Assembly: GCA_046116545.1 (NCBI GenBank)
Contig: CP175956.1
Location: 897,734 to 961,733 of the forward strand
DNA length: 64,000 bases
Source of the DNA: Candidatus Moraniibacteriota bacterium
GTDB taxonomy: Bacteria > Patescibacteriota > Minisyncoccia > Moranbacterales > GCA-2747515
Direction of reading: 5' to 3'
In this document: positions 1 through 9,382 of the stretch, piece after piece
How positions within the stretch are numbered: the first letter of the stretch is position 1
Layout: every line of letters begins with the position of its first letter
Program-made: the position numbers and the translations under genes
The notes under the pieces: model-generated
What the model saw: the letters and a program-made list of their open reading frames with translations, nothing else
Database searches by the model: none
What the model was told of the DNA's origin: nothing

Positions 1-1374
1 ATGAATTTTTTTCTCAATTATTTGAGGTTTCATGAGATTGCCCCCATTTGCTAATGCACTATAAGCTGTTGCCAATTGCAATTGTGTCATTGTTATTCCC
101 TGTCCAAAAGATGCTGTAAAAAACTCTACATGCCTATTGATATAACTTAGATTACTTATATTACCATCTGCCTCAGCGGGTAACTCAATACCAGTTTGCG
201 CTCCAAAACCAAAACGCTCAATATATTCTTTAAATTTTTTATTTCCTACCAATTTTTCCACATAAATAACTCCTGTATTTAAAGATTCTTCCAAAACTTG
301 TGTCATCGTTTGCTTTCCATAAATTTTATCTTCTGAATTTTGAATTTGGTATTCAGCTGTAAAAACTGACCCCGTATCAACATATGTTGTATCTGGAGAT
401 ATCTTATTATCATCAAGACCCATGGCAATCGTTATAGGTTTAAATACTGAACCTGACTCATATTCCTCAGACACAATAGAGTTCCTAAACACAGCCACAT
501 TTTCTACTTCATTATATTTATTTGGAACAAAAGAAGGATAATTTGCAAGAGCTAGTATTTTACCCGTTTTTGGCTCCATAACAATAACAGAACCATCTTC
601 CGCATCAAACTCCTTAACAGCCTCTTCTAATATTCTTTCGACTTCATATTGTACATTATGATCAATCGTCAAATATATATCAGAACCATCAACCTCCTCA
701 TTCACTATTCTATCCGTATTTGTTAACCAGCCACCTCTAGCATCTCTTTCTTGTATAATTTTTCCATCAAGTCCCTGCAACTCATCATCAAAATAAGATT
801 CAATTCCATAACGACCTATATAGTTATTTCCATCTGAGCCAACGAAACCAACTACATGAGATGCTAATGTGCCTCCAGGATAAAACCTGAAGTATTCAGG
901 AATAAAGTGTAATCCATCAATATTTAATTCATTTATTCTATCAACTTCTACACGTTCAACTTTATGTTTTATAACCTCATACACATCTTTTCTTTTGGCA
1001 AATTTTTGCATCACTCTACCAAAGTCAACATCTAACTCATGAGTTATGTCCCTTGCACTTTTTTCAATATCTTCATCCTCAACATCCCTAGGTGATATAT
1101 ACGCCAAAAAATATTCTTTATTCACACCCAATGGATATGTTTCTTTTCTATTTTTCAAAAATATTTCACCTCTGGAAGATACTAAGTTTTTCTCCATTTT
1201 ATGCTGTCTCTCAGCTAAATTCATATATCGATCATACGCAATCACCTGAACATAATATAATTTCAATATCACAACAACTAAAGCTCCACAAAACAGTAAA
1301 AACAATATCGATGTACGTGAATACTGCGACGCACCCCCTTTTTTCGCATTTGTTATTTTATTATTATTTTTCAT
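1..1374 (-). CDS. ftsI: Penicillin-binding protein, FtsI-like transpeptidase; 3' end runs past the window edge
   Basis: Reverse-strand translation from the ATG at 1374 gives MKNNNKITNAKKGG..., a TM segment, then SGSVFKP (SxxK) and SLNTG (SxN) transpeptidase motifs. No stop codon before position 1. It lies directly downstream of ftsL in the mraZ-rsmH-ftsL order. Confidence 0.8.
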   Translation of the reverse strand, partial: MKNNNKITNAKKGGASQYSRTSILFLLFCGALVVVILKLYYVQVIAYDRYMNLAERQHKMEKNLVSSRGEIFLKNRKETYPLGVNKEYFLAYISPRDVEDEDIEKSARDITHELDVDFGRVMQKFAKRKDVYEVIKHKVERVEVDRINELNIDGLHFIPEYFRFYPGGTLASHVVGFVGSDGNNYIGRYGIESYFDDELQGLDGKIIQERDARGGWLTNTDRIVNEEVDGSDIYLTIDHNVQYEVERILEEAVKEFDAEDGSVIVMEPKTGKILALANYPSFVPNKYNEVENVAVFRNSIVSEEYESGSVFKPITIAMGLDDNKISPDTTYVDTGSVFTAEYQIQNSEDKIYGKQTMTQVLEESLNTGVIYVEKLVGNKKFKEYIERFGFGAQTGIELPAEADGNISNLSYINRHVEFFTASFGQGITMTQLQLATAYSALANGGNLMKPQIIEKKIH

Positions 1375-1385
1375 TCCAACAATTT

Positions 1386-1754
1386 TCAATCTAAGGCAAC
1401 TCTTACTTCCCTTTCTATGTACACAGGACTTTCTACTTCCATCATTTTCTTTTCTTCAATAACCTTTTCTATATCTTCCAATGATCGCAATTGTGCCTCT
1501 TGTATCACTAATTGCTCATTTTCACTAGCTAATGTTTTTATATCTTTCTCAATAGAATAAATTCTATCTCCTTTAATAGCAATATTATTAGAGCTAAATA
1601 AATACATTATACCAACAAACACAACTCCAACAAACACAAAGGCACCGACAGAACTAAATCCTTGTGCGGTTTTATGATGTTTTATTTTTTGTTTTTTAGC
1701 CCCCACACGATACAAGCAATATGATCGTCTGCAAGCTTTTTTATATTTTGACAT
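1386..1754 (-). CDS. ftsL: Cell division protein FtsL-like (single TM plus coiled coil)
   Basis: 122-aa ORF with one hydrophobic helix (VGAFVFVGVVFVGIMYLF) followed by a coiled-coil segment. It sits between rsmH and ftsI. Confidence 0.5.
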   Translation of the reverse strand: MSKYKKACRRSYCLYRVGAKKQKIKHHKTAQGFSSVGAFVFVGVVFVGIMYLFSSNNIAIKGDRIYSIEKDIKTLASENEQLVIQEAQLRSLEDIEKVIEEKKMMEVESPVYIEREVRVALD

Positions 1755-1904
1755 GTTGGTTTTTTACCTAACCAACGTGCCCCCCTCACACGTTTGTGAA
1801 TTTTTGTTTTCTTTAGATTGTCTTAATTTACACAAAGACAACTACTACTATCATTACACTAAATAATGATAGACTCACCATCAACTTAATAAATTAACGG
1901 TTTT

Positions 1905-2846
1905 TTAAATTTTTTCCACACTACGCAACCTTGCGCTTCGTGATCGTGGATTATCACTAATTTCTTTTTCACTTGGCTTTATCGGTTTTCGAGTTATAAC
2001 ACGAACACTTGGCTCATGTTCACACCTACAAACTGGCATTTCTGGATCACAAATGCATCCCCTAGCATTTGAACGAAATATATTTTTCACCATTTTGTCT
2101 TCACCTGAATGAAAAGAAACTACACTAAAATATCCTGATTTCTGTAAAACACTTATTCCATCTGTAAGAAAAATCTTCAAATTCTCAAATTCATTATTCA
2201 CCTCTATCCTTATAGCCTGAAATGTTTTTGTTGCTGGGTGAATTTTCTGTTTCCTTTTTACAGAATTTGGAATTGAGTTGATTATAATATCCGCTAATTC
2301 ACCAGAAGTTACAATAGGCCTTTGATTACAAATATTTTTTGCAATCAGATTCGCAAACTTTTCATCACCATAATTCCTAATTATTTGTGATAATTCATTT
2401 TTTGAATATTCATTAACAACGTAATGAGCCGTCAATTCTAACGATTGATCCATGCGCATATCAAGCTTACTCTCGCCCATGAAACTGAATCCCCTATCAG
2501 TTTCATTCATTTGATCTGACGATAAACCTAAATCAGCAACAATTGCATCAACATAATCGATATCAAAATCTTTCAAGATTTTTCTTATATTAGAATAATT
2601 TGAATGAACTATTTTTATTTCCTCCGCTATATCAGGAAAACTATTCTTAAATCTTTCAATTGCTTGCATGTCCTGATCACACACAATCAATGTTCCACCA
2701 GGCATAATTTTTTTATAAATCTCTCTTGCATACCCACCACCACCTAATGTTGCATCAAATACTACCATTCCTTCTTTGAGTTCTAATAACTCAATTGCCT
2801 CTTCCATCAGTACAGGCTTATGTTGCGTTTCTGTCATATCAAACAT
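1905..2846 (-). CDS. rsmH: 16S rRNA (cytosine1402-N4)-methyltransferase RsmH/MraW
   Basis: 313 aa, SAM-MTase motifs (FDATLGGGGYA, VADLGLSS), conserved position after mraZ. Confidence 0.9.
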   Translation of the reverse strand: MFDMTETQHKPVLMEEAIELLELKEGMVVFDATLGGGGYAREIYKKIMPGGTLIVCDQDMQAIERFKNSFPDIAEEIKIVHSNYSNIRKILKDFDIDYVDAIVADLGLSSDQMNETDRGFSFMGESKLDMRMDQSLELTAHYVVNEYSKNELSQIIRNYGDEKFANLIAKNICNQRPIVTSGELADIIINSIPNSVKRKQKIHPATKTFQAIRIEVNNEFENLKIFLTDGISVLQKSGYFSVVSFHSGEDKMVKNIFRSNARGCICDPEMPVCRCEHEPSVRVITRKPIKPSEKEISDNPRSRSARLRSVEKI

Positions 2847-2847
2847 A

Positions 2848-3281
2848 TTAATATATTCCGAGTTTTCCTAAATTTTCTGCTATATCATCACTATTACTCT
2901 CAGCCTTCTTTTTATACTCACGCCATTTACATTCATCCCAAATCTCCAATCTATTAAATAATCCGGCTACTACAACTTCTTTTTTCAAATCAGCATATTC
3001 TTTAAGATACTCTGGCAATAAAATTCTCCCCTGAGAATCAGCATTTACATCAGTGGCTCCAGCAAGCATCAATCTAACAAAAGATCTTGTTCCTGCTTCA
3101 CCTATTGGCATAGTGCCTAATTTCTCCGCTAATTCTTTCCAGGCTTTCATAGGATATACAAACAAACATTTATCTAATCCCCTAGTAACAACAACATTCT
3201 TACCAAGCTCTTTTCTAAATTTTGATGGTAATGCCAACCTCTTCTTAGCATCTACAGAATGATTGTATTCTCCAATAAACA
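2848..3281 (-). CDS. mraZ: Transcriptional regulator MraZ
   Basis: The track ORF starts at GTG 3315. The canonical MraZ N-terminus MFIGEY...KKRLALPSKFRKEL begins at the internal ATG 3281. Two MraZ-type repeats are present, and it is the first gene of the dcw cluster. Confidence 0.85.
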
Positions 3282-3334
3282 TAGCTGTATCTATAAATTC
3301 ACCACTTTTCACCACTTAATAGGTCTACAATGAC

Positions 3335-3364
3335 ATTTTACACCACTTTGTATGATTACGTCAA
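3335..3364 (-). promoter_or_regulatory. Candidate dcw (Pmra) promoter, TTGACG-18-TAAAAT, overlapped by GTGGTG direct repeats
   Basis: Minus-strand -35 TTGACG (3359-3364) and -10 TAAAAT (3335-3340). GTGGTG repeats sit on the minus strand at 3300-3305, 3310-3315, 3341-3346 and 3372-3377, with start-to-start spacings of 10, 31 and 31 nt. Confidence 0.4.
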
Positions 3365-3391
3365 CAATATTCACCACATTAAAATATCAAG

Positions 3392-3411
3392 TTATCCACG
3401 TGTTATCCACA
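3392..3411 (+). promoter_or_regulatory. Two tandem DnaA-box matches (TTATCCACG, TTATCCACA) spaced 11 bp, upstream of Pmra
   Basis: Direct match to the TTATNCACA consensus, twice, one helical turn apart. Confidence 0.35.
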
Positions 3412-3467
3412 TACAAAAAAACACGTGTTTAAAAACGTGTCCTTTCGATTTCTCTACAACTGTTTTT

Positions 3468-4112
3468 TTACGCACCTTTTACTAAACCTCTTCCTCGAAA
3501 AGATGCCTGACCTTTCATATGTAAATCTGGCCTCGTCAGCTTAGACGTGCGAATATTGTACCTGCGACCTAATTTCTCATCAAAAAGTTCATATTCTTCT
3601 TCAGACTTATCAAATGCCATATTTCCAGTAGAAACAACTTTTTTACTCACACCGACGACACCCCGAACGGCTCTTAATAATTCAAAATTTACAACATCAT
3701 CACTATGCATATTCCTATTATCACCAGAAGTCCTTGCACCATTTCTCGTTCGTGAAAAATTAGCTGAATGATGAGCTTTATCGAGCTTTGAAGTATGTGA
3801 CACTATTTTTGAAGGAAAATGTTTTTTTTGAACACTTTTCAAACCTAATTCTTTTGCAAGTATATCTATTTCTCTTTTGCTAAAATTATTATCATTACCA
3901 TATTTCAATGCTGCTAAAGCACTTTTCATTTCTCTTTCCGTAACTCCACCATTTCTATATTTCTTCAATTCATTGAATAGTTGTTTTTTTTCTATACTTT
4001 TATTTACAACATGTTTTTCACTATCTTTTTCTAAAATATCCTTCATTGCAGAACTCTTATGAGCTTTGGAACCCAATAATGATTTTTTTTTATATACAAT
4101 TTTATTTGACAT
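3468..4112 (-). CDS. Hypothetical lysine-rich protein
   Basis: 214-aa ORF with basic, low-complexity composition. A hairpin plus T-run terminator follows at 3411-3444 on the minus strand. Confidence 0.45.
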   Translation of the reverse strand: MSNKIVYKKKSLLGSKAHKSSAMKDILEKDSEKHVVNKSIEKKQLFNELKKYRNGGVTEREMKSALAALKYGNDNNFSKREIDILAKELGLKSVQKKHFPSKIVSHTSKLDKAHHSANFSRTRNGARTSGDNRNMHSDDVVNFELLRAVRGVVGVSKKVVSTGNMAFDKSEEEYELFDEKLGRRYNIRTSKLTRPDLHMKGQASFRGRGLVKGA

Positions 4113-4138
4113 TTTTATTTTTATTAATTATTCAATCA

Positions 4139-6016
4139 TTACTCTATGACAGCCTTAATTCTTCTAACACCTGCACCAGAACTTTTTTCTTTTTTCAATT
4201 TAAATACACCTTTAATTTCATCAACACTTTCTATATGCGGACCACCACATAACTCTCTTGAATAAATTCGCTCATCATCTTTCACGGTATATACCTTAAC
4301 TTGATCTGGATATTTTTCCCAAAATACACCCAAGACACCCATTTCTTGAGCATCAAGCTTTGACATTTCCTCTAATTCTACCATTGCCTTAGAACCAAGT
4401 GCTTTATTTACATATGCCTCTACTGCAATACGTTCTTCATCCGTCAATTTCTCATCATGAGAAAAATCAAATCGTATTCTTTCTGCCGTAATATTTGAAC
4501 CTCTTTGCTCAACATGATTACCCAACACATCTCTAAGACCTGCCAACATTAAATGTGTGACAGTATGTAATTGTGTTGTAATTTCATTGTCATCAGCAAG
4601 TCCTCCTTTAAACTTTCCAGAACTAGCAGTTCTGGATAATTCTTGATGCTTTTCTTGTGCATCTTGAAATTCCTTAATCCATTTTTCATTATATTCCACA
4701 CCTTTTTCCTCCATAGCTTCAACAGTCATTTCAAATGGATATCCATATGTTTGAAATAAATCAAAAAAAGTAGTTCCATTCATTTCTTCTTTTTTCAATT
4801 TATCAAGTATTATTTCACCTTTCTTCAATGTTTTTCTAAACTTTTCTTCTTCTTCATTAATTACTTTATAAATTTTTTCACTATTATCCAAAATATCCTT
4901 ATAATATTCCTTATATGTCTCTACAACGCTGCTAGCTACTATTTTTGTAAAATTGCTTTCTACTCCTAACTGATGTCCAAACCTGATTGAACGTCTTATA
5001 AGACGCCTAGTAAAATAACCTTGATCTTTATTTGATGGAATTGCACCATCATTAATTAGGAACACAGAACCTCTCAAATGATCCATTATTACTCGAAATG
5101 CTCGTGTATCATCATCATTTTCACCATATTTTTTCCCTGATACTATTTCTATCTCAGTACGAATTTTGTCAAAAATCTCACAAGCAAATATATCTGGATT
5201 ATCTTCTACTGCGATAAGCATCCTTTCTAATCCACCTCCAAAATCAATATTTTTATTTTCTAATTCTTCAAATCCATCTGGAGTCCTCATGTACTTCATG
5301 AAAACATTATTACCAATTTCAACAAATCTACCGCAATCACAGTTTGGATGACATTCATCATTACTCCACTTTGAATTTTCATGAAACTTCAAATTCTCAC
5401 CAAGGTCCCAAAACATCTCACTATCAGTACCACCTGGCTCGCCAATTGGCATATTCTCTGGCTCGCCTACACGAGACCACCAATTCTCATCATTCCCATA
5501 ATAAAAAATTCTTCCATCTTGCATACCATTTTTCCGCACATTAAAAACAGCTCTAGCATTTATACCTTTTTTATCAAATTCTTGCTTCCATAATTCTACA
5601 GCTTCAGTATCTTTATCAATATTTAAATCTTCATTTCCTTGATAAACAGATACATATAATCTTTCAGGATCTAAATCTAACTCTTCTGTCAAAAATTCAA
5701 AAATCCACATTATTTGCTTTTCTTTGAAATAATCCCCAAAAGACCAATTTCCCAACATTTCAAAAAAAGTAGTATGTGTATTATCACCAACTTCTTCAAT
5801 GTCACTAGTTCTAAAACATTTTTGTGAATTAGCCACTCTAACACTACCTCCTGGATATTTTTCACCCAAAAGATATGGCACCATCGGTTGCATGCCAGAC
5901 CCTGTAAATAACGTCGTTGGATCATTTTCTGGCAACAAGGAAGCTGAAGAAACTATTTCATGTCCTTTCTTCTTAAAAAAATCTAAATACTTTTGTCGTA
6001 ATTCTATAGCTGTCAT
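4139..6016 (-). CDS. alaS: Alanine--tRNA ligase, short form (catalytic, tRNA-binding and editing domains; no C-Ala domain)
   Basis: The N-terminus MTAIELRQKYLDFFKKKGHEIV...FTGSGMQ is typical of AlaRS. The editing-domain motifs HTVTHLM (HxxxH) and CGGPH (CxxxH) are present. The protein is only 625 aa. Confidence 0.85.
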   Translation of the reverse strand: MTAIELRQKYLDFFKKKGHEIVSSASLLPENDPTTLFTGSGMQPMVPYLLGEKYPGGSVRVANSQKCFRTSDIEEVGDNTHTTFFEMLGNWSFGDYFKEKQIMWIFEFLTEELDLDPERLYVSVYQGNEDLNIDKDTEAVELWKQEFDKKGINARAVFNVRKNGMQDGRIFYYGNDENWWSRVGEPENMPIGEPGGTDSEMFWDLGENLKFHENSKWSNDECHPNCDCGRFVEIGNNVFMKYMRTPDGFEELENKNIDFGGGLERMLIAVEDNPDIFACEIFDKIRTEIEIVSGKKYGENDDDTRAFRVIMDHLRGSVFLINDGAIPSNKDQGYFTRRLIRRSIRFGHQLGVESNFTKIVASSVVETYKEYYKDILDNSEKIYKVINEEEEKFRKTLKKGEIILDKLKKEEMNGTTFFDLFQTYGYPFEMTVEAMEEKGVEYNEKWIKEFQDAQEKHQELSRTASSGKFKGGLADDNEITTQLHTVTHLMLAGLRDVLGNHVEQRGSNITAERIRFDFSHDEKLTDEERIAVEAYVNKALGSKAMVELEEMSKLDAQEMGVLGVFWEKYPDQVKVYTVKDDERIYSRELCGGPHIESVDEIKGVFKLKKEKSSGAGVRRIKAVIE

Positions 6017-6017
6017 A

Positions 6018-6260
6018 TTATCCTAACTCTTTTTTAAAATTATCAATTATATTGTCAAATGCACGTTCATACAATCCATTTTTTTCAAATTTAGTATTTA
6101 ATAAACTATATTTTTGCATTATCATATCAACATCATCTGCAGTTTTTGCATATTTTATTTTTTCACTACAAAAAGATAATTGCTTTTGAATTGTACCCGG
6201 TACATCGACATCATCCCCAATTACTTCATACACCTGCTGTTCCAATGTTTTTTTACTCAT
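6018..6260 (-). CDS. Hypothetical protein (80 aa)
   Basis: ORF packed tightly with its neighbours; no recognisable motif. Confidence 0.35.
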   Translation of the reverse strand: MSKKTLEQQVYEVIGDDVDVPGTIQKQLSFCSEKIKYAKTADDVDMIMQKYSLLNTKFEKNGLYERAFDNIIDNFKKELG

Positions 6261-6265
6261 AATTT

Positions 6266-6541
6266 TTATCCTAATTCAATTAGTTTTTTCTTTATACGCC
6301 TTAATTCATCTTCAATAAATGTTTCTTTTTCTGTAAATTTCTTGTTTTCAGTTTCATTTTCTTTTATATATACATTAATTCTACTTCGCTCTCGCTCATG
6401 TCTCCTCAGCTCATCTTTTAATTCTTCTTTTTTACGTTGCACTTTTTTTAAATCAGATCTATATGACATCTCTTGCATTGTTATACGTCTTTTAAGTTTG
6501 ACGAGTTCTTCATCTGACATGCTACTTTTATCTATATACAT
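6266..6541 (-). CDS. Hypothetical coiled-coil, K/R/E-rich protein (91 aa)
   Basis: Heptad-like charged repeats; no recognisable domain. Confidence 0.35.
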   Translation of the reverse strand: MYIDKSSMSDEELVKLKRRITMQEMSYRSDLKKVQRKKEELKDELRRHERERSRINVYIKENETENKKFTEKETFIEDELRRIKKKLIELG

Positions 6542-6615
6542 AAAGAAAATATAATGTTAATACTAATATACTACGTTAAATTATTACACATTTCAAGTAA
6601 TTGGTTTATAATATT

Positions 6616-7563
6616 CTATAAAATATTAAATAATTTTCCTATAAAAAAAATGTAAAACATCACAAACATTGCACCTTCCCATAAATAAATCTTTCGTGAA
6701 ATACCGCTTATCAAAAATAAAAATGTTGTCGCAGCCATAACTGGTATACCTATACTCATCGTAATTGCATCAACCTGTAAACTAGTAAATAATGCTGGCA
6801 CTCCAACAACTATAAGTACATTAAATGAATTTGAACCAAAAATATTACCAATAGCTAAATCCGCCTTACCCTTCAATGCTGCCTTTACAGATACTATTAA
6901 CTCTGGCAAAGATGTACCAATGGCAACAGCTGTTATAGAAATAAGTGCTGATTTTATGCTTAAAACATCAGCAATGTTAACAACTGCTGTAATTAAATAT
7001 TTTGCACCAAATATCAATGCTACAGCACCTATAATAAGCGTACCTATTAATTTTACAGATACTTTATCATTTTTCTTTTTCTTATCAACATTATCAATGT
7101 TTTCATCTTTTGAAAAAATAGTATAGGCAAAATAAATTGCATACGTGCCTATCAAAATCAAAGCCTCTCCAAATGTAACGTTTCCATCCCACGCAACAGC
7201 CAAAAAAATAACTGTACTAGCCGCTAGCATAGGAAGATCCACATCTATCAAGCTTTTTGAAACAGTTAAATGTCTAGCTATTATAGTAGAAATACCTACA
7301 ACAAGTAATATATTTGAAATATTTGAACCCACTGCGTTTGCTATGATTATATCAGTCTCACCATCTCTAAGTGCAAAAATTGCAACAGCTAACTCAGGTA
7401 GAGACGTTCCCAGGCCTATTATTACAGCACCTATAATAAATGCTGACAAACCCAAAGCTCTACCAATTTTCTCACTTGAAATCAAAAATAAATCAGCACC
7501 CTTTACCATTACTATCATAGCCACTACAAAGACTCCTACCCAAAATAATACTTCCATTGTCAT
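6616..7563 (-). CDS. Ca2+/cation antiporter, CaCA family (YrbG-like)
   Basis: Two alpha-repeat motifs, GTSLPELAVAIFA and GTSLPELIVSV...GNIFGSN, with about 10 TM segments. Confidence 0.8.
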   Translation of the reverse strand: MTMEVLFWVGVFVVAMIVMVKGADLFLISSEKIGRALGLSAFIIGAVIIGLGTSLPELAVAIFALRDGETDIIIANAVGSNISNILLVVGISTIIARHLTVSKSLIDVDLPMLAASTVIFLAVAWDGNVTFGEALILIGTYAIYFAYTIFSKDENIDNVDKKKKNDKVSVKLIGTLIIGAVALIFGAKYLITAVVNIADVLSIKSALISITAVAIGTSLPELIVSVKAALKGKADLAIGNIFGSNSFNVLIVVGVPALFTSLQVDAITMSIGIPVMAATTFLFLISGISRKIYLWEGAMFVMFYIFFIGKLFNIL

Positions 7564-7568
7564 ATATT

Positions 7569-9350
7569 TTATTCTTTATCTTTTTGAGATTTATTAATTA
7601 TATTTCTAATAGAAGAAAGATCTATATTAGGTTTATTTGATGAATGTGCAAATTTCTTTGGAGCAACATGTTTTAGTTGAGATAATTTTAATGGTTTTTC
7701 ATTATTTGTTATCACAACATCCTTTTCGATAATTTCATCTTTTTTTTCCTCCTTCTTAACTGCTACTTTTTTAGGTGTTTTTTTTGGAATTTGTTCTTGT
7801 TGTGTATTTTCTTTTGTTTTAGCAAGTGTTCTCTGATGATCTTTAAAACACTCTTTACAAAAAACAGGCCTGTCACCATCAGGCTTAAATGGCACCTGAA
7901 CATTCAATTCACACATAGCACAAGTAGCATCATACACATCCTTTTTTTGAGACTCCTCATTATCATCATTTTTCACTACAGCAACTCTATCTGTAACTTT
8001 ATCTGTAACTTTTGTAGCATTAGTTTTTTTATTTTCTACAGTATTTCGTTTATTTGCAATTACAGTTGGCTTTTCTATAATCATTCCCGTCCATCTAGCT
8101 ATTTTTTCTTCAACTACCTCTCTATCCTCTGAATATCTTTCTCTAGAAACTTGTATCACCTTATCTGTACTATCCTCGTATTTTCTATCAATTGGCGGAA
8201 GTGTCGTAGCACTAAATGCATCTCCAGAAATACCATCTATCATCAACTTCAAATAAATATTGTATTTTGGCAAATTCACAATATCATTCATTGTAAACAC
8301 TGGCTCAAATTCTTTCTCAAGGTATTCAGCATCTGTCGCACCCACACGAAAAGAAACTATTGTCCCCACATTTCCAAATATAGCATCCCGCACAATTTCA
8401 TCTAGTTGCATTATGTACTGATTTGCTAAAATCAAATTCAAACGATATTTACGAGCTTCTGACAAAATATTTGCAAACGCCTCTGTAGCAAAGTTTTGAA
8501 ACTCATCAACATATAAATAAAAATCTTTACGACTTTCTTCTGGAGTATCTACCCTGCCCATAGCTGCAAGCTGAATTTTTGTAATAATCATTGCACCTAC
8601 CAAAGAACTATTATCCTCACCCATCCGTCCCTTTGATAAATTCAATATAAGAATTTTCTGATTATCCATTACATCACGTATATCAAAAGCTGATTTTGTT
8701 TGTCCCAATAAATTACGTATAATTGGACTTGTCAAAAACTGTCCAACTTTATTTTGGATTGGAGAAATAACCTCCTGTAAAACTCTTTCATTCCATTTTG
8801 GAAATTCATCCACCCAAAAAGCCTTCACAACAGGATCTGTAATATTATTAGATACACGAATACGATATTTTTTATCTGTCAAAATACGCATTACACCAAG
8901 TAAAGTACTACCAGGAGTCTCCAGTAAAGCCAATAAAGCATTTCTAAGAATATATTCAAGTCTAGGACCCCAAGAATCAGCCCACAATTTTTGAAATACA
9001 CCTATAAGACCAGAAGCAACCAAAGGTCGAAATTCACGTGGAACTTCTTCTAACACATTAAAAGCTATCGGGAAATCTTGATCAGAAGGATTAAAATAAA
9101 TGACATCATTTATTCTTTCTGGAGGTATCATACTAATTAACTTTTCTGCCGTATCACCATGTGGATCAACAAAACACATACCATGCCCACTTCGTATATC
9201 TTGAATAGCAAGATTCTCAAGCATGTTGGTTTTACCCATACCAGTCTTACCAATAGCGTATAAATGCCGACGTCTATCGTCAGTTTTTATACCAAATGCT
9301 GTTGCTTGATTTCTAAAATTCGTTTGTGCAAATGCTGTTATCTCTGTCAT
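7569..9350 (-). CDS. FtsK/HerA/VirD4-superfamily P-loop ATPase (type IV coupling-protein-like) with a C-terminal CxxC...CxxC zinc ribbon and a K-rich tail
   Basis: Walker A AIGKTGMGKTN followed by DPHGD; Walker B FYLYVDEFQNF. The C-terminus carries CAMCELNVQVPFKPDGDRPVFCKEC, then a lysine-rich tail. Confidence 0.55.
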   Translation of the reverse strand: MTEITAFAQTNFRNQATAFGIKTDDRRRHLYAIGKTGMGKTNMLENLAIQDIRSGHGMCFVDPHGDTAEKLISMIPPERINDVIYFNPSDQDFPIAFNVLEEVPREFRPLVASGLIGVFQKLWADSWGPRLEYILRNALLALLETPGSTLLGVMRILTDKKYRIRVSNNITDPVVKAFWVDEFPKWNERVLQEVISPIQNKVGQFLTSPIIRNLLGQTKSAFDIRDVMDNQKILILNLSKGRMGEDNSSLVGAMIITKIQLAAMGRVDTPEESRKDFYLYVDEFQNFATEAFANILSEARKYRLNLILANQYIMQLDEIVRDAIFGNVGTIVSFRVGATDAEYLEKEFEPVFTMNDIVNLPKYNIYLKLMIDGISGDAFSATTLPPIDRKYEDSTDKVIQVSRERYSEDREVVEEKIARWTGMIIEKPTVIANKRNTVENKKTNATKVTDKVTDRVAVVKNDDNEESQKKDVYDATCAMCELNVQVPFKPDGDRPVFCKECFKDHQRTLAKTKENTQQEQIPKKTPKKVAVKKEEKKDEIIEKDVVITNNEKPLKLSQLKHVAPKKFAHSSNKPNIDLSSIRNIINKSQKDKE

Positions 9351-9382
9351 AAAAAAATTATTTATTGATTGTAATATTATAC

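Noticed and set aside
3053-3262. Plus-strand ORFs antisense to mraZ, and similar antisense ORFs within alaS, atpA, atpD, rseP, leuCD and others
   Set aside because: Each is fully contained in a well-supported gene on the opposite strand and lacks translation signals.
3411-3444. Three CACGTG (E-box-like) palindromes downstream of the 214-aa gene as a transcription-factor site cluster
   Set aside because: On the minus strand they form an ACACG...CGTGT stem followed by a T7 run directly after the stop of the 214-aa gene. The simpler explanation is an intrinsic terminator.
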